From Promethearchaeota archaeon (lineage in GTDB: Archaea > Asgardarchaeota > Lokiarchaeia > Sigyniarchaeales > SOKP01), in NCBI GenBank assembly GCA_048938855.1, contig JBHLLT010000002.1, positions 128,001 through 192,000 of the forward strand: a DNA stretch of 64,000 bases, read 5' to 3'. The notes under the pieces were generated by a model, which worked only from the letters and a program-made list of their open reading frames with translations, did no database searches and was not told the origin of the DNA. The stretch's first letter is position 1. Every line of letters starts with the position of its first letter. Positions 1 through 8,415 of the stretch are shown here, piece after piece. The position numbers and the translations under genes were made by a program.

Positions 1-113
1 TCAATACTCTTGGTTTTAGGATTAAATGGTTTTAATTGAACAATGCTTCCTTCTCTATGCATTTTCTTTAATCCTGCAAAATCCCGAGAAATCCGACTAC
101 TTCTTATACTCAT
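1..113 (-). CDS. N-terminal fragment of a protein running off the window edge; possibly an E2 (ubiquitin-conjugating enzyme)
   Basis: Not in the ORF track. ATG at 113 reads MSIRSSRISRDFAGLKKMHREGSIVQLKPFNPKTKSI with no stop before the edge. It resembles the E2 N-terminal helix (RLxxEhxxL) and lies directly downstream of the E1 on the same strand. The catalytic Cys is not visible. Confidence 0.4.
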   Translation of the reverse strand, partial: MSIRSSRISRDFAGLKKMHREGSIVQLKPFNPKTKSI

Positions 114-216
114 TTTCTTAACCGTTTTTATTTTTCCTAATTTTATATTAAAAATTTTGTCTTAAATATTTGATTTTTCCAAAAATTTTAATTTAAAACC
201 TCTTTTGATTCTATTT

Positions 217-1449
217 TTATTTTAATTTTAAGGTTGCAAAAATTTCTTTCCCTTCAAATCCTGCAATCGTGATAAATTCGTGATTTCTTAACCCATTTTC
301 AATGGGATTCTTTTCTAAATCAATTATCTTGATATCATTGAAATCTAATAAAGTTAGAATCGGCTCAGAATCTGGGTCCTGTTTAAACCCGTTTTTCTTT
401 AATATTTTAATAATATTTAAACATGGTGATTGAGGATTCATTTTTATAGATACTCTGCGAACATTTTTACCACACTGAGAACACTCTGGATTTCTTTTTT
501 TTTCAATATGGTAAAATTTCATAGTGATTCCATTAAAAATTACATATGATTTAATAGGTTCACCCAATCCCTTATGACCTTTTTTATAATGAATGATTTT
601 TATCACTTCATGTGATTGTAAAGCAGATATTACAGCATTTATCGTAATTATACCCGGATCATGCCTATCAATGATTTTAACAATGTCATCCCTCGTATAT
701 TCGGGTAGGAAGTTATGTTTGTTTACTAAATCATTGGCAACCTTTTGAATAAACTCAATATCATTTACATTTTTTGGATTCGGATCTCGATCAAATTTTT
801 CCTTAAATGCCATATCCCCTTTAAAAACACAATGAATCCTTTTGCGTGGGATTCCTACAACAGTACAAGCTGCCATCTCGTCACTCTCTGCTACAGGTAA
901 TGGATTACATTCATAACAAGCATTTTTATATGGAAATATTGTGTATATATGCCCATGATACCCAGAAACTCCTCCGTCTACTAAAGGTTTTTTAAATCTA
1001 ATACATTGAGCATTTAAATTTAGGCGGGCATTCATTGAATCAAGACCCCCAACGATAACATCAGCAGCTAGATAAAGTGCAGGATCCAATCTTTCTAAAG
1101 AAGTATGATATCCATTTACAGTAATATTTGGATTAATTTCTTTCAATTTTCTTGCTGCTACAACAGCTTTGGGTTCCCCTAACTTTGCTCCTGTGAAAAG
1201 CACTTGCCGATTCAAATTTGAATGTTCAATGATATCTAAATCTATAAGATCTAAGTGGCCAACACCAAGCATAGCTAAATTTTTAGCTATCTCACAACCT
1301 AAACCTCCAACTCCAACTATTAGAACTCTTGAGTTCTTCACTAATTTTTGAGACCATCCTTCTAAACGAAATTGACGATCATATAGGTCTCTTTCTTCAA
1401 TTGATAAATCCTTTGCAAAAAAATCTGAATCCTTATCCAATTTTAACAC
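217..1449 (-). CDS. Ubiquitin-like activating enzyme E1 (ThiF family, UBA3/UBA2-like)
   Basis: YDRQ, GVGGLGCE, D..E.SNLNRQ, Zn pairs CYEC/CSQC, catalytic CTVVGIP..IHC and a C-terminal extension (possible UFD). The real start may be the TTG a few codons in (AAGGTG SD). Confidence 0.92.
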   Translation of the reverse strand: MLKLDKDSDFFAKDLSIEERDLYDRQFRLEGWSQKLVKNSRVLIVGVGGLGCEIAKNLAMLGVGHLDLIDLDIIEHSNLNRQVLFTGAKLGEPKAVVAARKLKEINPNITVNGYHTSLERLDPALYLAADVIVGGLDSMNARLNLNAQCIRFKKPLVDGGVSGYHGHIYTIFPYKNACYECNPLPVAESDEMAACTVVGIPRKRIHCVFKGDMAFKEKFDRDPNPKNVNDIEFIQKVANDLVNKHNFLPEYTRDDIVKIIDRHDPGIITINAVISALQSHEVIKIIHYKKGHKGLGEPIKSYVIFNGITMKFYHIEKKRNPECSQCGKNVRRVSIKMNPQSPCLNIIKILKKNGFKQDPDSEPILTLLDFNDIKIIDLEKNPIENGLRNHEFITIAGFEGKEIFATLKLK

Positions 1450-1462
1450 CTTTAATATTTAT

Positions 1463-1499
1463 AAAAAAATAATAAAAAAAATTGAAGGGCATAAAGCCC
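1463..1499 (-). terminator. Short hairpin plus oligo-T tract between the Ubl and E1 genes
   Basis: GGGC-N5-GCCC (1487-1499), followed on the minus strand by T-rich runs. Confidence 0.4.
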
Positions 1500-1533
1500 A
1501 CTTATTATAATTTATGAAGAAAGTTTTAAAAGT

Positions 1534-1866
1534 TTACCCTGCTGTACTAGCAGGAATTAATAGAATATCGTCGCCATCATTAACATTATAATCTCTTAAA
1601 ACGCTGTTTTCATCCATGGTAACACCACCAGAAGATAAATGAAAGTCATTAGGATCAAGACCATATAAATTTCCTAATGTCTGCTTGATATCACTTACAT
1701 GATTGCTGTCATTCACCGTTAATTTTTCTTTTTTTTCACCAGGACCAATGGTAGACATAAAGTATAATGTTAGTTTCTTTCCACTTGAGGGGGTTTTAGA
1801 GGCAGGAGTTTTAGATTTCATTGGTTCTTCTCCGCCTAAATCTTCATCAAATTCATCAAAACTCAT
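1534..1866 (-). CDS. Ubiquitin-like protein 1 (acidic N-terminal extension, C-terminus ...ASTAG)
   Basis: Beta-grasp pattern DIK..L...YGLDP..FHL..GG..M.....LRDYNV.DGDDILLIP; adjacent to the E1. Confidence 0.88.
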   Translation of the reverse strand: MSFDEFDEDLGGEEPMKSKTPASKTPSSGKKLTLYFMSTIGPGEKKEKLTVNDSNHVSDIKQTLGNLYGLDPNDFHLSSGGVTMDENSVLRDYNVNDGDDILLIPASTAG

Positions 1867-2128
1867 TCATATCACTTCAAATTTTTTTTATTTTTTGATT
1901 TTAATTTTTTAAATTTAATAAAATGGCATTAAAAAGGTATAATAAAACCCTTTGGAATAATTTTGAAGTTTTAAAGATCTAATTAGAAATTACTTAGAGA
2001 AGAAAAGGATCTTAAAGAAATCATATTATATATTGTATGAATGCCTATCAAAATATATAAGACACATAATATTGTTATAGAGAGACTTTTTAAATATAAA
2101 AAACTTCACATATTTCAAGTATCGACTC

Positions 2129-2806
2129 ATGAGTTCTCTGGTTAAAGCGGAATCTATTGTTCTTGAATTGGTAGAAGAGTATTTGACTAAAAAAACCTTC
2201 TTTTCAATCAGAGAAATTATATCATATATAAGTAATAGAGTCAGATATAATCCCAATATAAATGAAAATAGAATAGAACTAATTTTAAAGGATTTAATTA
2301 AAAGACGTGTTATTATTCCGGGAACTCGATTGATGAAAAATAATATAATAGAACACCCAAAAAGAAACGAGATCTTTAATTTTATTAAAAAATATCCCTC
2401 TAATATTAATGAAATCATGAGAGCTCTAAATATCGGTAGCAATCAAGCATTATGGCATTTATCTTGTCTTGAAAAATTCAAATTTATTAGATCAAAACAA
2501 ATTAATAACCATAAAATGTTCTTCAAGTACGACTCAAATCCAGAACTTGACCCATTATTTTATTATTTGAAGAAGGATATCGTTCAAAATATAATTAATT
2601 TTCTGAAAAACAAAAATATTCCATTTAAAATTACAGAAATTGCAACAGGCTTGAAAAAAAATCATAGTACAATTAAAAAATATTTAGATATTCTTGTAGA
2701 TCTAGAATTAATAAAAATTGAAAAGCAGCAAAATAAAAAAATATTCAAATTAGATTTTGAGAAATATTCTCAAGTTATTAAATCAGTTCAAGGTGCATCA
2801 AATTAA
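2129..2806 (+). CDS. Multi-winged-helix DNA-binding protein
   Basis: Repeated wHTH motifs (INEIMRALNIGSNQALWHL; ITEIATGLKKNHSTIKKYL). Confidence 0.75.
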   Translation: MSSLVKAESIVLELVEEYLTKKTFFSIREIISYISNRVRYNPNINENRIELILKDLIKRRVIIPGTRLMKNNIIEHPKRNEIFNFIKKYPSNINEIMRALNIGSNQALWHLSCLEKFKFIRSKQINNHKMFFKYDSNPELDPLFYYLKKDIVQNIINFLKNKNIPFKITEIATGLKKNHSTIKKYLDILVDLELIKIEKQQNKKIFKLDFEKYSQVIKSVQGASN

Positions 2807-2885
2807 AAACTCCAAATTTATTCCAATCCCATTTAAATTTTAAATTATATATCTTAAATTTAGAAAATAATCTAATTTAAAAATC

Positions 2886-3680
2886 ATGAAAAAGAATTAT
2901 AGAATTTTAGTGATTATTGCTCTTTACACCGTATGTATATTATTCTATGCATTATTTTTCCTATTTCATATACAAAGTGTTCCTATATTTCTTTTTCTAA
3001 CTATCGGTAGTGTTGCTGTATTATCAACTGGGACAATATATACGGTTATACAATCTAAGAGCAGTCAAGACAAAATATTCAAAGAAAAAAAATCCTTTGT
3101 AAAACAAAAATCAATTCAAACTAAACCGATCGATATTATAGAAGATTATATAGAAGCGATGCCTTCAATAGAAACTTATATCGAATCAGAAGAAACTTGC
3201 AAGGACATGCCCATAATGGATAAATTTGTCTTTTCAATCTTCAGTAAAGAAGAATTAGAAAATATAAGCTTATTAGATTTACCCAAAATGGAAAAAATAC
3301 AGTTTATTAGGGAACTACTTTATTACGACCATAATGAGAGAAATGGATTAATCGAAAATATGTTGAAAAACAAGGATGAAATTGAAGGAATAATAAATTA
3401 TACCCCGCCTACAAATCCAATTGAATTGGAAGATCAGATCCGCCTTTATGTAAGATCTTTACTCGAGCCAGGTGAGAAAACAAAAATAATTATTGTTGAT
3501 ACTTCAGATTTCATCATTATTATCAAGGAAAAAATTGCAGTATTATTTGATTATAATCTAGAAGATTTTCTTTTATCTAGTGGAGGAATTTTGTTAAATG
3601 ATAACTTACTAATAAAAGATTATGAAATCGATGATGATGATGAAATTGCCCTAATTCCCGCAAGGAAGGCAAAAAAATAA
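2886..3680 (+). CDS. Membrane-anchored protein with a C-terminal ubiquitin-like domain (no terminal Gly)
   Basis: Two N-terminal hydrophobic helices. The C-terminal ~80 aa (PGEKTK...LSSGG...DY.I.D.DEI.LIPA) are paralogous to the flanking Ubls. Ends RKAKK. Confidence 0.82.
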   Translation: MKKNYRILVIIALYTVCILFYALFFLFHIQSVPIFLFLTIGSVAVLSTGTIYTVIQSKSSQDKIFKEKKSFVKQKSIQTKPIDIIEDYIEAMPSIETYIESEETCKDMPIMDKFVFSIFSKEELENISLLDLPKMEKIQFIRELLYYDHNERNGLIENMLKNKDEIEGIINYTPPTNPIELEDQIRLYVRSLLEPGEKTKIIIVDTSDFIIIIKEKIAVLFDYNLEDFLLSSGGILLNDNLLIKDYEIDDDDEIALIPARKAKK

Positions 3681-3696
3681 TATAGACCCCAAATAC

Positions 3697-4122
3697 TTAA
3701 CCAGCAACACTTGCTGGAATTAAAAGTATGTCATCCCCATCAGAAACATTGTAATGTGATAATGGATTAGTTTCCTCCATAGTTACACCACCTGATGATA
3801 AATAAAAGTCAGCAGGATCTAAGCCAAATAAATTCGCCACAGTTTCTTTTATGTCTCCAACAAGGTATCCATCATTAACAGTTAATTTTTGCTTTTTCTC
3901 TCCAGGACCTATAGTGGACATAAAAAATACTGAAATCTTCTTCCCTTCCCTAATACTTTGAACAGTTGGAACCTTAGATTCAACTACTTCTTCTGGAGTC
4001 TTTACAACTGGCTCCTCTCCTTCATTATCAAATCCTTCATCTAGATCTTCATCTAGATCTTCCAAATCTTCATCGAACTCTTGTTCATCAAACTCATCAT
4101 CAAATTCCTCATCAAAATCCAT
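3697..4122 (-). CDS. Ubiquitin-like protein 2 (long D/E-rich N-terminal extension, C-terminus ...ASVAG)
   Basis: Close paralogue of 1534..1866 (FMSTIGPGEKK.KLTVND...GLDP.DF.LSSGGVTM). Confidence 0.88.
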   Translation of the reverse strand: MDFDEEFDDEFDEQEFDEDLEDLDEDLDEGFDNEGEEPVVKTPEEVVESKVPTVQSIREGKKISVFFMSTIGPGEKKQKLTVNDGYLVGDIKETVANLFGLDPADFYLSSGGVTMEETNPLSHYNVSDGDDILLIPASVAG

Positions 4123-4303
4123 AAAAAAACCTCAAAATCTTTGATATTATAAATAATTTTAATAAATCTTTAAAAAAATAATAGAAACTAAATTATATAA
4201 ATAGATTTAACTAAGATTAATTTTTGCATAAAAGTCATACAAACACTTTAGAATCAATATTAATATGAATTTATTAATAGAGTAAATTATGATATGAAAT
4301 ATT

Positions 4304-5461
4304 ATGAACGATGAACAAATTCCTAAATATCAAATTCGGGAAAAGACTCCAGATGAGGAATTAGAAAATATCCCCGAAAAAAAATTAATAAAAAAGTTAA
4401 AAAAGGAACGAATCAAATTAGATAAAGAAAAAAGTGAATGGGAAAAAGTTATTCACCAAATTCAGGATTACAAAGATAGTGTTGAAGATTTAGAAAAGAA
4501 AAGAAAAGAAAAAGAACTCAAAATAAAGTTTCTTCTAGATCAAAGAGAAAACTTGAAAGAGGAATTAGCGACAACTAATAATCTAATAGAACAACAGAAA
4601 AATGAATTAGCTTCCAAAGAAAGGCAATTTAGAGAAAAGATAAGGAATAAGAATGAAGAATTGAATCGCAAAAATGCTGAATTAGAACAATTTCAAGACA
4701 GATTAGATAAATTAAGAGATGATATCGCAAATCAAAAAAAGAATTTAGAATGGGAAAAAGAGAGAACAGAAAAACGAATAAAGGAAATTAAAACAAAAAT
4801 TCCAGGTATGGAAAGAAGAGAAAGCGCTTTAGAAAGAACGATTAATGATTTAGAAAATAAGTTACATGAATTAAAAAGTGAGATAAATAATTTACAGAGA
4901 GAAAGAGACAATCTAGATAGAGAAATCAATAACTTAAAGAGAGAAATTAAAGATGAGAAAAATCGATTTTCTGATGAAAAGCAAAAACTTAAAGAAGAAC
5001 GAGAAAAAACTCGCTATAAAAAGCAAGATTTAGACCTACGGACTCGTGAACTTGATAAAAAAAAGGTCGATCTTAAAAAATATAGAGATAAAGCAGAAAA
5101 TGATGTAAATAATTTAGATAAAAGAAGAAGGCGAGAAGAAGCAAGATTAAAAGAATTGGAAAAAAAAATTCCAGCAGCGGAAAGTAAGTATAATTCATTA
5201 AATCGCAAAATTCCAAATTTAGAGGAAAAATTTAATAGATTAAATAATGAATATAGTAAATTGGAAAAAGAAAAAACAAACCTAGAAAGGGAAAAAAGTT
5301 TAATAAAACGCGAAAGAGACAAACTAGAAAAAGATAAACAAAGATTTCTAGATGAAAAAAGAGAATTTGAAAGAGAATTGAGACGAATTAAATCAAAAAC
5401 ACCTTCAATTAAGACAAAAACGCCTTCTAATATCAAAACTAAAACTCCTTCAAAATATTAA
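4304..5461 (+). CDS. Long coiled-coil protein with a C-terminal KTP repeat tail
   Basis: Heptad K/E/R/L-rich sequence over ~330 aa with no ATPase motif; ends IKSKTPS-IKTKTPSN-IKTKTPSKY. Confidence 0.8.
   Translation: MNDEQIPKYQIREKTPDEELENIPEKKLIKKLKKERIKLDKEKSEWEKVIHQIQDYKDSVEDLEKKRKEKELKIKFLLDQRENLKEELATTNNLIEQQKNELASKERQFREKIRNKNEELNRKNAELEQFQDRLDKLRDDIANQKKNLEWEKERTEKRIKEIKTKIPGMERRESALERTINDLENKLHELKSEINNLQRERDNLDREINNLKREIKDEKNRFSDEKQKLKEEREKTRYKKQDLDLRTRELDKKKVDLKKYRDKAENDVNNLDKRRRREEARLKELEKKIPAAESKYNSLNRKIPNLEEKFNRLNNEYSKLEKEKTNLEREKSLIKRERDKLEKDKQRFLDEKREFERELRRIKSKTPSIKTKTPSNIKTKTPSKY
5387..5461 (+). repeat. Three degenerate coding repeats (IKxKTPS)
   Basis: ATTAAATCAAAAACACCTTCA / ATTAAGACAAAAACGCCTTCT / ATCAAAACTAAAACTCCTTCA; divergence is mostly synonymous. 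Confidence 0.75.
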
Positions 5462-5472
5462 TCACTAATTTT

Positions 5473-6522
5473 GTGAATTTCATGAGGATTGCTAAAGCAA
5501 TTGAAGGGGATTATATAGAAACGATAGATGATAACTTATTTTTTGATGTGAAAGGAGTACTCCATCCAAATGATTATATCATTAGCTTTATACGATTTTT
5601 TCCACATCCAGATGGCGAAAGAAAAAGAAAAGGGACAAACTATAAAAAGCTTTATAATCTAAAGGAAAGATATGAATTTTTAAAGAAAAACTTTCCTAAA
5701 TATCTTTTTTATTCTGATGAACTAGATTTAGAGATTCAAGGAGTTAAAAAAGATGAAATTAAGAAAATATATACTCCAAGACATTTCTTTAAATATTTAA
5801 ACAAAAAGAAATCATTATCCCCCAGTGAAAAATATTCTATGGACTTATGCGAATTATTTGTTACAGAAGGAGAGATTTCTGAAAATTCAATTGGAATCAC
5901 GGGATCTATTATGGTTGGGCTAAATACTGAATATTCTGATATTGATCTAATAATATATGGTACAGAAACAAGTATTAAATTCCAAGAGAACTTGAGTAAA
6001 ATATTCAAAAAATCAAATAATTGTCGGAAGTATACTTTAGATGAGTATAAATCACATTACACTTGGAGATTTGGTGGATCGGATATTTTATTTAAAGATT
6101 TTCTGAAAAGTGAACAAAGAAAGCAACATCAAGGGAAATTTATGGATCATGATTTTTTTATTAGGTATATCAGAAGCCCCAATGATTGGAAAGGCAGTTT
6201 TTATGATTATAAATACCAAAATCTTGGTAGAATCAAACTCAAAGCAGAGATTATCGATTCTAAAAATGCTATCTTTACACCATGTTCATATAAAATAAAA
6301 CCCCTAAAAATTTTTGAAAGTAATATTGAATTAGAAAAGTTAAATATGAGAGATATAAATGAAATTAATTCATTCCGAGGCCGCTTTTGTGAGCAAGCAA
6401 AAACAGGAGAAATTGTTTTTGCAGAAGGTAAATTAGAAAAAGTCATTTTTAAAAATAATATTGAATATTATCGAATATTATTAACTGATCAAACAAAAGA
6501 TAAATTACTTATTTTGAATTGA
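5473..6522 (+). CDS. Archaeal predicted nucleotidyltransferase (Pol-beta superfamily)
   Basis: GITGS...SDIDL motif; C-terminal OB-like segment (FTPC.Y...SFRGRFCEQA..GE...A.GKLE). Confidence 0.75.
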   Translation: MNFMRIAKAIEGDYIETIDDNLFFDVKGVLHPNDYIISFIRFFPHPDGERKRKGTNYKKLYNLKERYEFLKKNFPKYLFYSDELDLEIQGVKKDEIKKIYTPRHFFKYLNKKKSLSPSEKYSMDLCELFVTEGEISENSIGITGSIMVGLNTEYSDIDLIIYGTETSIKFQENLSKIFKKSNNCRKYTLDEYKSHYTWRFGGSDILFKDFLKSEQRKQHQGKFMDHDFFIRYIRSPNDWKGSFYDYKYQNLGRIKLKAEIIDSKNAIFTPCSYKIKPLKIFESNIELEKLNMRDINEINSFRGRFCEQAKTGEIVFAEGKLEKVIFKNNIEYYRILLTDQTKDKLLILN

Positions 6523-6557
6523 ATCCAAATAATTAATGCTTTATTAAAATCTTTTTA

Positions 6558-7892
6558 TTGAAGTATTGTCTTTTATTACTCATGGATACTTTTAATGCCG
6601 ATCTCCATATTCATAGTCCACATTCAATCGCTGTATCGAAATCGCTGAATTTGGATACGATGATAGAGACCTGTAAGAAAAAGGGGCTCAATATACTTGG
6701 AACAGGGGATATTTTACAACCAGAATGGTTTAAATACATGAAAAGTAATTTAGAAAAGCAAATAGATGGATCCTTTCTATATAATGACGTTTTTTTTATC
6801 CTTCAGACAGAAATAGAAGATCTGGAAAGTATTCATCATGTAGTTTTATTTCCTGATTTTAATTCTGTGGTTGAAATTCAGAATAAATTGAAACCCTATT
6901 CTAAAAATATTTTAGATGAATGGGGCGGAAGACCTAGAGTCAACTTATCTCCTTCCGCTTTAGTAGAAATAATAACTGATTCTGGGGGGATAGTAGGCCC
7001 TGCCCATGCTTTTACTCCATTTAAAGCAATATTTCGACAAGGAAAGTTTGAATCTCTTGAAGATTGCTATAAAGGGGCATCAAAAAAAATTAACTTTATT
7101 GAATTAGGCCTTTCTGCTAATACTGATTTAGCAGATCGGCTAGAATCTCTGAAAAATGTTTCCTTTCTAAGTAATAGTGATGCCCATTCGCAAGATCCAC
7201 GCTCACTTGGAAGAGAATTTAACAGATTCGAAATTGATAATCCTTCTTTTGATGAAATTTTATTAGCTTTGCAGAGAAAAAATAGGAGAAAGATATCTCT
7301 GAACGTGGGTCTACACCCTAAACTCGGTAAATATTATAATATGTTTTGTAATAAATGTCGGAGAAGGATATTATTTAAGAAAGTGAAAAAAGAAGTGAAT
7401 GCCCTTTTTAATCAATATTCTATTACTAAAAATTTTGTCATTTACTCCTCTATTGATCCTATTTCTTCAAGATTAGATTATTTAGACCAAGTTTCTAAAA
7501 ATAAGATGATCTGTCCAGCATGTAAAGAGCAATCTAACAAAAAAGCTAAGATAAAATTAGGAGTAAGTGAAAGAATTGAAAAAATTTCTACATTTCTTGA
7601 ACCTAATCATCCAGATCATAGACCTCCATATATTAATGCTATACCCTTAATTGATATAATTCGTGCTGTGAAAGGAATTAAAAGTACAAATAGTAAAACG
7701 GTCTTAAATGATTACAACAGAATAATTAAAGAACTTGGAACTGAATTTGAAATATTAATCGATACTCCTATTACTAAAATTAAGAATTTTAATAAAAATA
7801 TATCTTCTGTCATAAGTGCTTTTAGAAATAATGAAGTAGAGTACACTCCTGGAGGAGGAGGTACATATGGCCAAATAAAGTTTGATATCTAA
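6558..7892 (+). CDS. PHP-domain Zn-ribbon protein, endonuclease Q / TIGR00375-like
   Basis: ADLHIHS, GTGD, GPAHAFTP, ELGLS, SNSDAHS, LGRE, GKYY..C..C, CPAC, PGGGG.YG. Likely start is the ATG near 6582. Confidence 0.85.
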   Translation: MKYCLLLLMDTFNADLHIHSPHSIAVSKSLNLDTMIETCKKKGLNILGTGDILQPEWFKYMKSNLEKQIDGSFLYNDVFFILQTEIEDLESIHHVVLFPDFNSVVEIQNKLKPYSKNILDEWGGRPRVNLSPSALVEIITDSGGIVGPAHAFTPFKAIFRQGKFESLEDCYKGASKKINFIELGLSANTDLADRLESLKNVSFLSNSDAHSQDPRSLGREFNRFEIDNPSFDEILLALQRKNRRKISLNVGLHPKLGKYYNMFCNKCRRRILFKKVKKEVNALFNQYSITKNFVIYSSIDPISSRLDYLDQVSKNKMICPACKEQSNKKAKIKLGVSERIEKISTFLEPNHPDHRPPYINAIPLIDIIRAVKGIKSTNSKTVLNDYNRIIKELGTEFEILIDTPITKIKNFNKNISSVISAFRNNEVEYTPGGGGTYGQIKFDI

Positions 7893-7927
7893 CTGAGATT
7901 TAATTTGTTTAGAGCTAGATATAATCA

Positions 7928-8167
7928 TTAAATATTAAATTCTAAATCTAGTTTTATTAGATCTCCACATGTATTGCAGGTGATAAATTCGAAAACCTTT
8001 ACTGCTACGGTTAATAATTCAAGATCTTTTCGGGGAAATTGATTTCTAAATTTCTTTTTGTAACCACAATTTGGGCAGCTGAGTATCGCTCTTACTTGAA
8101 TTAATTCGCTTTCTTTTGAAGCGCCAATAGCTTTTTCGCTACTGTTTTTAGTATTCTCAATTTCCAA
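7928..8167 (-). CDS. Small Zn-ribbon protein
   Basis: CPNC...CNTC. Confidence 0.7.
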   Translation of the reverse strand: MEIENTKNSSEKAIGASKESELIQVRAILSCPNCGYKKKFRNQFPRKDLELLTVAVKVFEFITCNTCGDLIKLDLEFNI

Positions 8168-8278
8168 GTTTTATACCCCCAAGCATGATAATCAAGAAAA
8201 TTTAGGTTTATAAATTTATTCTCTATAATGTTTTTTCTGCTTTTTCAAACGAAAAAAATTATTTAATATATTATTGTC

Positions 8279-8380
8279 TAATACGCTTAGAAATTAAATC
8301 GAAAAATGTGAGAATAGATATTTCTACCGTATTATCTTCGTATTACTTTCTTATATTATACTGATATCGTTCTCGTATTA
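8279..8380. promoter_or_regulatory. Repeated CGTATTA boxes upstream of ftsZ
   Basis: CGTATTA at 8328, 8339 and 8374; inverted copy TAATACG at 8279. Confidence 0.45.
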
Positions 8381-8415
8381 TAATATATATAAATCATTTT
8401 TTGTGATGATTTTTC

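Noticed and set aside
4304-5461. SMC/Rad50 or ESCRT-III assignment
   Set aside because: No Walker motifs, hinge or zinc hook, and no recognisable Snf7 pattern.
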